Shown here: one piece after another, positions 9,546-18,642 of the stretch
Position numbering within the stretch: position 1 is the first letter of the stretch
How the letters are laid out: each line of letters begins with the position of its first letter
Source of the DNA: Methanothrix sp.
GTDB taxonomy: Archaea; Halobacteriota; Methanosarcinia; Methanotrichales; Methanotrichaceae
NCBI GenBank assembly: GCA_963682135.1
Contig: OY821645.1
Coordinates: 1,216,001-1,280,000 of the forward strand
Length of the DNA: 64,000 nt
Direction of reading: 5' to 3'
Translations under genes and position numbers: made by a program
Notes under the pieces: generated by a model
Seen by the model: only the letters and a program-made list of their open reading frames with translations
Databases searched by the model: none
Told to the model about the DNA's origin: nothing

Positions 9546-9900
9546 ACATCCATGCACGCACTTGCATCTGGTCACATGAAACACCATGAGCACTGTTTCA
9601 GCCGAGGGTCAGTGTGCAATGCCTTGCCGAATGATAAGGTGCAGAGGATGCGAACCCCAACCATCTTTTCTAGAACTTGAGATCATATTATGAATAATTG
9701 TTCGAAAATTTTACTAAAATGAAATCCCTAATAGTTCGATTCGATATTATTTATAGTATTAAAATTTATCACATACATATTATGGTTGTACCCCATCTTG
9801 GTTTTGGTGACTCATTCAAATCCTTGCGATCTGCATATCCCAAGATGCTCATATTGAAAGCAATAATTAAATACGGGCAATAAGAATCCAAAGGACAACT

Positions 9901-11538
9901 ATGGATATCACTGCCTTAGATGGATTACTTGAGGATGCATCGAAATACTATCAGGAGCTAAATTATAATAATGCTCTGGAAAAAGTCAATGAGGCTTTAG
10001 CTTTGGATAAAACCAGTAAGCGAGCAAGAGAGTTGAAGGCATGCATATTAATAGAATCATGGGATGGATCTAATCATACTCAAGCCCAAATTATGGAAGC
10101 AGTTTCTCATTTTAATGCATTAATGATAGAAGACCCTGATAATAAATGGAATTCCCTGTCTAATATAGGAAATGCTTATTTTAAATTAGCAGAATCTAAA
10201 TTAATAATTAAAAGAGATAAACTAAATAAAGAGGCCATCGATGACCTGATGGAAGCAAAAGATTTTTATGATAAATCACTAGAATTAAATGAAGATCAAC
10301 CACATATATGGGTTAATAAAGGTAACTTGCTAGATTATATTGGAAGACATTTAGAGGCAATTGAGAGTTATGATAGGGCTTTATTAATTAATGACAAACA
10401 TTACAATGCAGGGGGAAATAGAGGTTTCTGCTGCTGGACACTATCGAATTTGGTCAAAAATGAAGCGGATAAAAGACTCCTTTATGTCCACGCAATGAAA
10501 TATATTGGCATAGAATTAATGCTATATCCGGATTTCCTCATATCGGATGAACTTAAAGCCAATGTTAAAAAATATTTATCTAAGCATGAGATTGAAACTG
10601 ATCTGAATACTACTATTAAAGAACAACTGCCAAAGAAAAAAACGCTTCTTGAGGAGGATTTCAATCTTTATGAGATCAATGGATTAAGTTTCGAAAAATT
10701 CTTTTATGCTTTTTGTGAAAAGGAAAATTTTTTCTTAAATATTCATTTCGACTGCAACAACTGCGGGTCCAGCCACTTAGATCTAATTGAATTTAGTTTC
10801 ACAACTGCAATAGATGAACACAAACAAGATTATAAATTTTTTAAGAGACTTTATAATATATTGGATAGTTACACTACAGCTCGTTTTCTCTTAGCATTAG
10901 CCCAATACAGAGGTAAAGACTTCTTATTCTTGGATAAACAACGCTATGAACCAGACTACAGCCTAAATTATTTGCATAATGTAGAATTACTCAAAGAAAG
11001 CTTTACAATAATAATGAATATTTGTGATAAAATAGCATTCTTTTTAAAAGATTATGAAAGATTAACCAAAAAGGATGGAGAAGAGATAGACGATAAATAT
11101 ATATCTTTCTGGTCACCAAGAAGTATTTTTACTGTTACAGATATTTTAATTAAGAATAAGTATCAAGCAGATCTTGTAGCAATGGATACTATTCGAAAGG
11201 ATTTTGAAAAAGGTGAATTCATGAATTTAAGAATGGTGAGGGATTTTCTTGTACACAGATACTTCATACTACATGATATAATAGATCCGAAAGAACTCAC
11301 TTATCCCTATGACCCTAAAAAGGAACCTCTAGATGATCTTGATTATCATAATGATATTGGCAATTTCTACAGAATTACAAAGAAATCATTGAGATTAATG
11401 AGAAATTTGCTCTTTTCATTATCATTTTTTGTACAATATAAAGAATCCCAAAAAATATCCAAGATAAAAGGCCCTGTTGCCAAAATGTATTGGAGCCATG
11501 CAGATGAAGAAATGAATGCAGATAAGGATAAGAAATGA
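9901..11538 (+). CDS. TPR-repeat protein with C-terminal LA2681-like HEPN domain
   Basis: TPR motifs (WVNKGNLLDYIGRHLEAIESYDRAL); C-terminal FLNIH, YTTARFLL, CDKIAFFL and Rx4H motif RDFLVH; visibly very AT-rich. Confidence 0.78.
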   Translation: MDITALDGLLEDASKYYQELNYNNALEKVNEALALDKTSKRARELKACILIESWDGSNHTQAQIMEAVSHFNALMIEDPDNKWNSLSNIGNAYFKLAESKLIIKRDKLNKEAIDDLMEAKDFYDKSLELNEDQPHIWVNKGNLLDYIGRHLEAIESYDRALLINDKHYNAGGNRGFCCWTLSNLVKNEADKRLLYVHAMKYIGIELMLYPDFLISDELKANVKKYLSKHEIETDLNTTIKEQLPKKKTLLEEDFNLYEINGLSFEKFFYAFCEKENFFLNIHFDCNNCGSSHLDLIEFSFTTAIDEHKQDYKFFKRLYNILDSYTTARFLLALAQYRGKDFLFLDKQRYEPDYSLNYLHNVELLKESFTIIMNICDKIAFFLKDYERLTKKDGEEIDDKYISFWSPRSIFTVTDILIKNKYQADLVAMDTIRKDFEKGEFMNLRMVRDFLVHRYFILHDIIDPKELTYPYDPKKEPLDDLDYHNDIGNFYRITKKSLRLMRNLLFSLSFFVQYKESQKISKIKGPVAKMYWSHADEEMNADKDKK

Positions 11539-11669
11539 GCTTTGAGAAGGCTGTATCCATCGCAGTCTTATGAGCTATCAAGTAGAGGCACATATTGCTG
11601 TACCTTGATAGCTTTACCACAAAGGGCTCAGGTTTCCTGCTAGTTCGCTCGCCCGCCAGGCCCCCCGCA

Positions 11670-11932
11670 CTCAGGATTCGCCCCCCGTGCCTTTCTTCTT
11701 GCCGACCTCATCCGCCCGAAAAGGTACACCCCGCCGCTCCAGCTCCGCCAGCAGCTCCTCCATGAACACGCCCCGCCCGCTCACGCGCGCGTGCTCGGCT
11801 GCGCCCGGCAGCCCGCCCGTGTAGCCGCTGCTCGTCGTCTGAACGCCGCAGCTGGGGCTGCCCCCCATGCTCACATACTGTTCGATCAGGGCGCGACAGA
11901 AGCGGCGAAACTAGGGCACATCAAGCTGATTT
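11670..11932 (-). pseudogene. Partial copy A of the 3' end of the TudS/DUF523-like gene (20744-21262)
   Basis: Encodes GSPSCGVQTTSSGYTGG...VSGRGVFMEELLAELERRGVPFRADEVGKKKGTGGES*, near-identical to the intact C-terminus; internal deletion near 11870. Confidence 0.9.
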
Positions 11933-11994
11933 GCCATAAAATTCAAGGAGCAATGCTTTTGTGTACACGCATCCAAAAGTAATCAGGTGATGGT

Positions 11995-12156
11995 ATGACG
12001 GACCGGACATCTAACGCTGCAAAATTTGATCCAGAAAATCCTTTGCCCTATGGCGGTACCACTAACATTCTCGGCAATATCATCCAGGTAATTACTAAAG
12101 AGGAACATGATGCAATGCTCGTCAAGGTAAGGAGAGCTTTCGGGAAGAAGAGATGA
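11995..12156 (+). CDS. Small hypothetical protein (53 aa, below the ORF-track cutoff)
   Basis: AGGTGA RBS before ATG; MTDRTSNAAKFDPENPLPYGGTTNILGNIIQVITKEEHDAMLVKVRRAFGKKR*. Confidence 0.45.
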   Translation: MTDRTSNAAKFDPENPLPYGGTTNILGNIIQVITKEEHDAMLVKVRRAFGKKR

Positions 12157-12201
12157 CAGACTTCACAATCGATACGGATTTGCTCTTCCTTGCTATGGCT
12201 A

Positions 12202-12489
12202 TTACACCCTTTGCCGATACGGCCACCATGAAGCAGAAAGCAGGATGTCATTCGCCTTCTCTCTGAGAAGTGAGATTGCCGTATCATCATCATGCAATTG
12301 GCGGCATAGCTGCTCATAGTTTGTAAAATGATGCCGCCCATAGCTGAGCAGCTGCTGAATTGAAGGACGTGGGGTGCCGTAGTGCCTGGAGACCTCGTTA
12401 TAGAAATCTCTGGGTGTAGACGTTATTTTGACATGGCAGTTATATGCCCGTATAAGGGACTTATGGTCATACGATGATTTCGCAGGCAT
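12202..12489 (-). CDS. Hypothetical protein (95 aa)
   Basis: ATG-start ORF with plausible composition between repeat copies A and B; no motif recognised. Confidence 0.4.
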   Translation of the reverse strand: MPAKSSYDHKSLIRAYNCHVKITSTPRDFYNEVSRHYGTPRPSIQQLLSYGRHHFTNYEQLCRQLHDDDTAISLLREKANDILLSASWWPYRQRV

Positions 12490-12682
12490 ATTTGCCGTCC
12501 TTGCTCAATAAGACACCGTCGAGATAGCAGTATTCTTAAAGGTTCCTATTGCCTAACCCCCTTTGCTGGAATAGAGTTTGAGTCAGAATTGCCAGTAAAT
12601 CATTTAGGGAAGGTATCAATGATTGCCCACATGCCACGGATTAGTTTTTTGAGAGTGATGGGACATTCATCCAGAATACCTT

Positions 12683-12827
12683 CATGCACCGGCTCCCGCT
12701 CTCAGGATTCGCCCCCATGCCATTCTTCTTGCCGACCTCATCAGCCGAAAAGGCCACACCTCGCCCGCTCACGTGCATGTGCTCAGCTGCGCACGGCAGC
12801 CCGCCCGTAGCTACGGTTCGTCGTCTG
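12683..12827 (-). pseudogene. Partial copy B of the TudS/DUF523-like 3' end
   Basis: catgcacc...ctcaggattcgccccc...ttcttcttgccgacctcatc matches 20721-20800; segment between two acacc microhomologies is deleted. Confidence 0.85.
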
Positions 12828-12854
12828 CATCATCTCCTCACACATTGCCATCAT

Positions 12855-14219
12855 TCACTCCCTTCCCGGATCGCTGACTCTGCCTATGAACAGGATAGTT
12901 CCGGTCTCTTTATCCTGGATAAAGAAAATAAATGGGTGATCTGCCCAGAAGTCTGGCGGGCCGTAGCCCGGCATACATGCCATCACATTATAAGCCCCAG
13001 TAGCTGCTGCTGCTTCCGTTCCCTGTTCGTTGACATCCACAAACGATTGATGAATTACATCGCTTATGAATAGGTCGGTTCGGCCATTGATTCCTGAAAA
13101 GTCTGCACCTGGCGTGAATGTGGTCTGCATTCCTAAATCTTTAAGATCATCCGTCAGAGAATACTTGGATGAGAAACTGAACTTTGGAATACGAACGTCA
13201 CCAACTTCGATCTCAACAAGACTCTTTCTCCACTGCATGAGCCTCTCTAAAGATAGAGATTTCTCCAGAGATGAAGTATTGTTGCCCGCAGGCAATAGAA
13301 TTATCATTGAGAGTCTCTTGCCCTTGTATGGAAGCTCAAGCACCTGCGTATCATTTGTCTCATTATAATTGAATTGCCGTCCGCTCGAATAAAGTTCCAT
13401 CATAGGAATCTTTATGATCCTACCATCGCTTGTTGTGAAATCCCGTTCCTGCGTCATGTTTTTATCGAACGATTCGTCCCACATGCCCTTAAAGTAGACC
13501 GCATTGGTTATCAGAAGCTGAGTGTCTGGACTAATATGAGAAATTAGGTTCTTTATTCTGTTGCCGGTCCGGCTTTCGACCCAGGAATTTATCATCAATT
13601 TTGCATCATCAGGCGCTCCTTTGAAATCCACATTCCTGGCAACGCCGTGGTAATATCGATCTATGTCGGCGGCAAAATTGGGCTGCAGAGGATCCTCTTT
13701 ATCGACCCAAAGGGCGTTGGCCGTTGAAAGCGTATACTCCGCATCAATGGCATTGAACTTATCGTAGGCAGAAGCAAACGAAATCTTACATTGGCTATCG
13801 TTCTCTGGGAAATGCATCACCGGCCGCATTTCTTCCGCGGTCTTGCCTCTTGCGCCTTCATTAGCCATAGCCAGGGCGGAATAGATGCTCCAGGGCGAAA
13901 AGAACACATTTACATTTTGCCCCCCCAGCTCAGAGAAAAGGTCCAGAGCGAACTTGTTATTTCCATTAGCCAAATCTGAAATGTTCCATTGATCACTCTT
14001 AGATGAGGTTGCTGGCATTTGCCCTATCGGAACATTGCTCTGATTATTTTTTGGAATTATTGCTGATATTTCCTTTTTCGAGATGTCCCCTTGACTGTGA
14101 GGTGTGTCGGATGTTGGTGCCTGCCTTATGGAAACGCATCCACTCATCACCACAGAAAAGAGCAATAAAACTATTACGACAAGCGATAAGGAATATTTAT
14201 CCGATCTGCCCAACGACAT
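12855..14219 (-). CDS. Serpin family protease inhibitor, predicted lipoprotein
   Basis: NNKFALDLF, NVFFSPWSI, TNAVYFKGMW, VLELPY, hinge EQGTEAAAAT, ADHPFIFFI..LFIGRV; leader ending MSGC. Confidence 0.95.
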   Translation of the reverse strand: MSLGRSDKYSLSLVVIVLLLFSVVMSGCVSIRQAPTSDTPHSQGDISKKEISAIIPKNNQSNVPIGQMPATSSKSDQWNISDLANGNNKFALDLFSELGGQNVNVFFSPWSIYSALAMANEGARGKTAEEMRPVMHFPENDSQCKISFASAYDKFNAIDAEYTLSTANALWVDKEDPLQPNFAADIDRYYHGVARNVDFKGAPDDAKLMINSWVESRTGNRIKNLISHISPDTQLLITNAVYFKGMWDESFDKNMTQERDFTTSDGRIIKIPMMELYSSGRQFNYNETNDTQVLELPYKGKRLSMIILLPAGNNTSSLEKSLSLERLMQWRKSLVEIEVGDVRIPKFSFSSKYSLTDDLKDLGMQTTFTPGADFSGINGRTDLFISDVIHQSFVDVNEQGTEAAAATGAYNVMACMPGYGPPDFWADHPFIFFIQDKETGTILFIGRVSDPGRE

Positions 14220-14268
14220 AAAATCTTATTGCCACTTTTAATTATTCAAGATTTCGATCCTTCCCCAA

Positions 14269-14452
14269 TCCAGTTCCGCCAGCATCAGCTCCATGAACAC
14301 GTCCCGCCCACTCACTTGCGCGCTGGCGGAGCCTGCTCCCGTGGGCAGCCCGCCCGTGTAGCCGCTGCTTGTAGTAACAACGCCATAGATGGGGCTGCCC
14401 GCCAGGCCCACGATGCAGAGGCGCGTCCCCTGGCGGGCCAGCATCTTTAAGA
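14269..14452 (-). pseudogene. Partial copy C of the TudS/DUF523-like gene
   Basis: Encodes MLARQGTRLCIVGLAGSP.YGVVTTSSGYTGG...VSGRDVFMELMLAEL, matching 20811-20989. Confidence 0.9.
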
Positions 14453-14541
14453 GAAGGATATGCCGGCTTCTTCGGAGGCGGTCTGCTTATGAGCATGGAT
14501 GATCGTCAGTCTTTAAATATCATGAATCGGAAGTAATAGCT

Positions 14542-14715
14542 ATGCTTGAGAGTGTGGAGCGCAAGAGCCGGACGATAGAGCTCCCTTATGATATGGAAGA
14601 AGAAGATGTCACCATAGGGCTAATGAAACTCTCCGAGCTATCGCTGCATGACTTCTTGTCGAGAGAGCCGGATATCTACACGGATAAAGATCCCAATAAC
14701 TCTATCCGCAAATGA
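14542..14715 (+). CDS. Small putative antitoxin (57 aa), C-terminus probably altered by a deletion
   Basis: MLESVERKSRTIELPYDMEEEDVTIGLMKLSELSLHDFLSREPDIYTDKD..; resembles short partners found upstream of PemK/MazF toxins (recollection, not searched). Confidence 0.45.
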   Translation: MLESVERKSRTIELPYDMEEEDVTIGLMKLSELSLHDFLSREPDIYTDKDPNNSIRK

Positions 14716-14890
14716 TATATTGATAACAAGGGGGGACGCCCTCCTTTGAAGAGTCCGGCTTGATTCACAATTCTGTCATCAAAATAAATAAAATCACAAC
14801 GATAAAGACACATTTCATCGCGGTTCTGCTTGGATCTGCCGACGAAAGCTTGCAAGGGCAGATCAATCGGGCCCTGGATGCATGCTTGAA
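14690..14890 (+). pseudogene. C-terminal remnant of a PemK/MazF-like toxin
   Basis: FEESGLIHNSVIKINKITTIKTHFIAVLLGSADESLQGQINRAL resembles the MazF C-terminal half; frameshift in the G-run at ~14730; no N-terminus. Confidence 0.5.
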
Positions 14891-14999
14891 GTTCCCAGCA
14901 TTTCCAAATCTATAATAATTTTATACAGTCATCTTGTTAAACTGCTGGACAAAGATGCACAAGCCCCCCCGTGGGCTCCCTGGTGCCTTGACAGGGAAA

Positions 15000-15238
15000 G
15001 GGCAGCCCCCCGGGCCGGCCTCGCTTCCCGACGACGTTCCTCGGGCTCGGGGCCCGCCTGCGTGCGCTCGTGTGCTGGCGCAGGAGGCCGAATGAGCAGT
15101 GTTTCGGTTCGAATGGTTTGCAAGTAGCGTTCGGTCTGTGGTTACTATTATCACCATCTTGCTGACCGACAGGTAACGACTCCAACCACAAAGATCACGA
15201 AGCTCACAAAGGACGCACAAAGACTTTTTTCAGGGACA
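15000..15238 (+). repeat. Composite repeat X+Y (copy X3/Y2)
   Basis: X hairpin core directly followed by gagcagtgtttcggttcgaatggtttgca...ccaaccacaaagatcacgaagctcacaaaggacgcacaaag. Confidence 0.8.
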
Positions 15239-15302
15239 TTTGACCTATTACCCAATCCTAAAAGCGCATGATAATCACTCGATCGTCGCAGGCTCGCTCA
15301 TG

Positions 15303-15382
15303 TGGGCTGTCTGGGCCTTGGCTGTCGCTCCTCGGACACGGGGCCCGCCTGCGCGCGCATGTGTGCGGGCGGGGGAGGCCGA
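15303..15382 (+). repeat. Repeat X, copy 4
   Basis: ggggcccgcctgcgcgcgcatgtgtgcgggcgggggaggccga. Confidence 0.75.
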
Positions 15383-15533
15383 TCCGGCAGACTATGTGGT
15401 TGGCGCAATGCCAGACAGCTGTGGAGATCCAGTCGATCATATGGAAAGATACTTTATATTATTATGTTTAATAGTAGTTCCTGTTTATCAAGAAATAATG
15501 ATCTAAAAGCCATTAAACAAGAAATGAGGCTGG

Positions 15534-15797
15534 ATGATGACGGAAGCTGTGTCCATCAAGAATGCCGAATGCAACCTAGAAGAGCTTCTCAAAGGACTGC
15601 CATTCGGAGAATCCATCACGCTGACTGGCCCGGAAGGCAGACCAGTTGCCCTGTTAGTCTCGCTGAAATCAGGAAATGCTGAGCGAAAGCCGATTTCAGA
15701 CTGGGATGCTCAAATGGATGAATTGGCCCAGAAGGTGAGCCGCGCCTGGAAAGGAGAAAAGAGTGCCGTAGAGGTTCTCTCGGAGATGCGAAGGTGA
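15534..15797 (+). CDS. Phd/YefM-like antitoxin
   Basis: VSIKNAECNLEELL...GESITLT...GRPVALLV; GTGA overlap with PIN toxin. Confidence 0.75.
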   Translation: MMTEAVSIKNAECNLEELLKGLPFGESITLTGPEGRPVALLVSLKSGNAERKPISDWDAQMDELAQKVSRAWKGEKSAVEVLSEMRR

Positions 15798-16216
15798 GAA
15801 TCACCATTGATGCCAGCATCTTTGTTTCATCTGCTCGATCTGATGAGCCAAATTATCTTTTGAGCAGAAAATTTCTTCGAGATGCGCGGTCCATGGAGGT
15901 CTATTGTCCCACACTCGCCCTGGCAGAATGCGCCGCTGCCATTGCCAGGCAAACCAGTGATCCATATCTGGCCTGGGAGCTTGTCAGCATGATCGAGGAT
16001 TTTCCTGGAATAGAGCTGATCTCGCTTGATCTCCTGCTGGCCAGAAGGGCAGCGGAAATCGCAGTAGAGCATCGCCTGCGGGGTGCCGATGCGACATATG
16101 TCGCCGTTGCTAATGCGTTTGATGCCGCTCTGATCTCATGGGATCAAGAGATGCTGAAGCGATGCCCGGCAGCAGTGGCAACAATGACACCGGCGGAATG
16201 GTGTGGGGATCGATGA
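15794..16216 (+). CDS. vapC: PIN-domain (VapC) toxin
   Basis: ITIDASIF, LAEC, LRGADATYVAVA, LISWD acidic PIN motifs. Confidence 0.9.
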   Translation: MRITIDASIFVSSARSDEPNYLLSRKFLRDARSMEVYCPTLALAECAAAIARQTSDPYLAWELVSMIEDFPGIELISLDLLLARRAAEIAVEHRLRGADATYVAVANAFDAALISWDQEMLKRCPAAVATMTPAEWCGDR

Positions 16217-16242
16217 TCGGCAAGAAGCTCTTTGGCAGCAGT

Positions 16243-16415
16243 GGGCTGCCCTCGGTCCGGGCCTCGCACGGGGGTGCCGCTCGGGCTCGGGGCCCGCATG
16301 CGAGCACTCGTGTGCGGGCGGGGGTGGCAGGATGAGCAGTATTTCGGCCCGATGGTCTGCATTCAGCGTCCTGTCGATTGACGGCGAACGAATCCAACTA
16401 CAGAGCGCACAGAGA
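16243..16415 (+). repeat. Composite repeat X+Y (copy X5/Y3)
   Basis: gcccgcatgcgag-ca-ctcgtgtgcgggc hairpin, then gagcagtatttcggcccgatggtctgca...aacgaatccaactacagagcgcacagag. Confidence 0.8.
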
Positions 16416-16656
16416 ATTCTTGTCGAGAACATCCCGCAGTACAAAAATTCTAAACAATGTTTTATTGATGCTGATTATAGTGAGCTAAACATGCAGCAGT
16501 TAACTTTATAAGTTCAATCGACTCACAAGATTTGGTGGGACTGCTATGAAAGGGTCTATATTTGATTCATTCACATGTCGCGAACAAGCAATCCCGGATA
16601 ATTTAACACCCCAAGATGAATGCACCTATATTAAAGAAAGAATCAGTAAAAATCAA

Positions 16657-17373
16657 ACTGCGTGCGGCCACCCCACCCTAAAGGGATGGGGTATGCTTCG
16701 GGCCGCACGCACGCCCAGTTAGCTGGAGATCAGAAATCATCGAGCCTTCTTTGCCCAGATTCCTTTGATCTGCAAAATTGCGATTCTGCTTTTGTTTTCC
16801 CCTGAGATTCCTTAATATAGTGCTTTATTGTGTCAGCAGTCACATTTCCGACGGATCGAAAGAATTTGCCACTTGACCACAAGCTTCCGCCCCAATATCT
16901 TTTTTTCAATTCGGGATGAAGCTTGAACATTCTATATGAACTACCTCCTTTCAAAAATTGAACGACTCTTGATAGAGAAGAGCTCGGGTGGAATTCCAGA
17001 AACAAGTGAACATGATCGTCTACAATTTCCATTGCATGAATTTTATAGCCTTGCTCCATGCAAATATTGATGAGAATTAGCTCGCAATCCTTTTTAACTC
17101 GCTTATCATAGAATATCTTGTATCGATACTTTGGCACCAGTACGATGTGGTAGGTAATTTGACCATAGCCATGGCTAAAACTGCGCAATTCCAACGCTTA
17201 TCACATCCTAGCCATAGGTGGGTGGCACCACCTGTGGCTAAAGTGCCAAATACGATTTCATTTTAAAAGAAGCAACGGTTGATCGATATGAATTAACGCA
17301 AAAAACGGCGAGGGTTCACTTCATCCCCAACCTGAAGGTTGGGGTATTCGTGACCCTCCGCACTCCAGATGTA
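16657..17373 (-). mobile_element. IS200/IS605-family element, tnpA only; ends approximate
   Basis: Subterminal hairpins accccaccctaaagggatggggt (~16670-16693) and ccccaacctgaaggttgggg (17325-17344) flank tnpA; no TIR or TSD. Confidence 0.85.
16730..17194 (-). CDS. tnpA: IS200-family Y1 transposase TnpA
   Basis: YHIVLVPKYR, HUH motif DHVHLF, LKGGSS, LWSSGKF..SVG and catalytic Y in IKHYI. Confidence 0.95.
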   Translation of the reverse strand: MELRSFSHGYGQITYHIVLVPKYRYKIFYDKRVKKDCELILINICMEQGYKIHAMEIVDDHVHLFLEFHPSSSLSRVVQFLKGGSSYRMFKLHPELKKRYWGGSLWSSGKFFRSVGNVTADTIKHYIKESQGKTKAESQFCRSKESGQRRLDDF

Positions 17374-18114
17374 ATAAAAATAGAAGAGATATTTCAATAA
17401 TTTTGGTTTTTCTTATTCCAATTATTTTAATCTTATTTATAGTATTCTTTAAAGATCCACTTGATCACTTGAATCTTCTCTTTTTAACTTATATATATGC
17501 AATGGGATTTTGGATTTATTTCATATTTTTAATATTTAAATCTTCGAATTATATACATAATTTTGAGTCGCAGCTTAGAGATATAGAAAATGAAATTGAT
17601 TTAGCAGCGATCGATTTAGATTCGATTGAAAAAAGAGCAGAAAAACTATTTAAGCTCCACCGATATGAATTAGATAAATATTACACTCAAAACCTCCGAC
17701 AAGGAAATCAAATATTTATAATGGGATTTATTTTCTTTATTGTTGGCTTTATTATTGTATCAGGATCAATATATATAATAACTTATGAGGGTGTGGATGA
17801 AGATCGTTCGGTTTTTATAGCTGGTTTGGGTGCCATTGGGACAATCCTCTCCAACTTCATTGCAGCTATTTACATTAAGATGTTCTCAGAGACTGCTAAA
17901 ACGTCAACTCAATTTCATAACCGATTAGTTACCACGCACAATTTAATGTTTAGTAACTTTATAAGTTCCAAGATAAGTGATAAAACTCTTCGTGAAAATA
18001 CATATAGTTCAATCGCTGGCAATTTAGCCAAGCTTACCCGATCTACAGAAGACGACTCGAATAAGTAAAATCTATTGATCTACAATCTTCAAATTCTAAA
18101 GATAATTCCATTCT

Positions 18115-18410
18115 GGGGTGTGATAGCTCTCAAGGGTGACACGCCGGAGTATGTGCGCAGGATGCAACCGGAGTTGTTTGAGGCTATAGCACCGGGCGAG
18201 AAGCAGAGAGGAGCTCAGTATTGTAGAGCCAATGGCAAAAGAGGTTCGCGATAGTTACATGGATGGACTTGAGAACACGGATGTAAAAGATCTCGCGATC
18301 CATCGCAAGGTGAGTAGGGTGAGCTATTCGCAAAGATGCGCCGATGGATCGGCAGTGCAGGAATATCAGAAACGCGGATTACCTCTGGCTCTGGGCATGA
18401 GTATGCAGCC
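18115..18410 (+). pseudogene. Fragment resembling the C-terminal part of an accessory family-B DNA polymerase
   Basis: KGDTPEYVRRMQPELFE, then in another frame DVKDLAIHRKVSR.SYS.RCA..SAV...LALGM; frameshifted, no start. Confidence 0.55.
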
Positions 18411-18642
18411 AAATGGAAAGTTGATGCGGAGAGAGATATGGGCTATAGGGTGTTCTTACTATAAACTGCATAGAAAAAAAGGATTATAGTATAATTGGAG
18501 AAACGACCGATATAACTCATATTGGTCATATTAGTCATTTCTATAACCTACTGCATGGAAAGAAAGATGGATCAATCGAGAAGGATGATGAAATAGCCCA
18601 TACGACCAATACAATACCTGCATCTCGGTTTTCAATTCCGCA

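Larger units (their letters stand above)
16546..18068 (+). pseudogene. Membrane protein (TRADD-N-associated membrane domain-like) interrupted by IS200
   Basis: 5' part MKGSIFDSF...ERISKN(Q) at 16546-16656 can be rejoined in frame to KNRRDISIILVFLIP at ~17376; 3' part has ELDKYYTQNLRQ and four hydrophobic segments; AT-rich. Confidence 0.6.

Noticed and set aside
14882-15506. Many overlapping Arg/Pro/Gly-rich ORFs
   Set aside because: Chance open frames across GC-rich repeats X/Y; the same pseudo-peptides recur at 8.5 and 16.3 kb
8548-16415. CRISPR array
   Set aside because: Repeats are long, diverged and separated by genes rather than ~35-nt spacers; no cas genes
17195-17400. tnpB or omegaRNA associated with the IS200 tnpA
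   Set aside because: No room and no TnpB motifs between the two terminal hairpins
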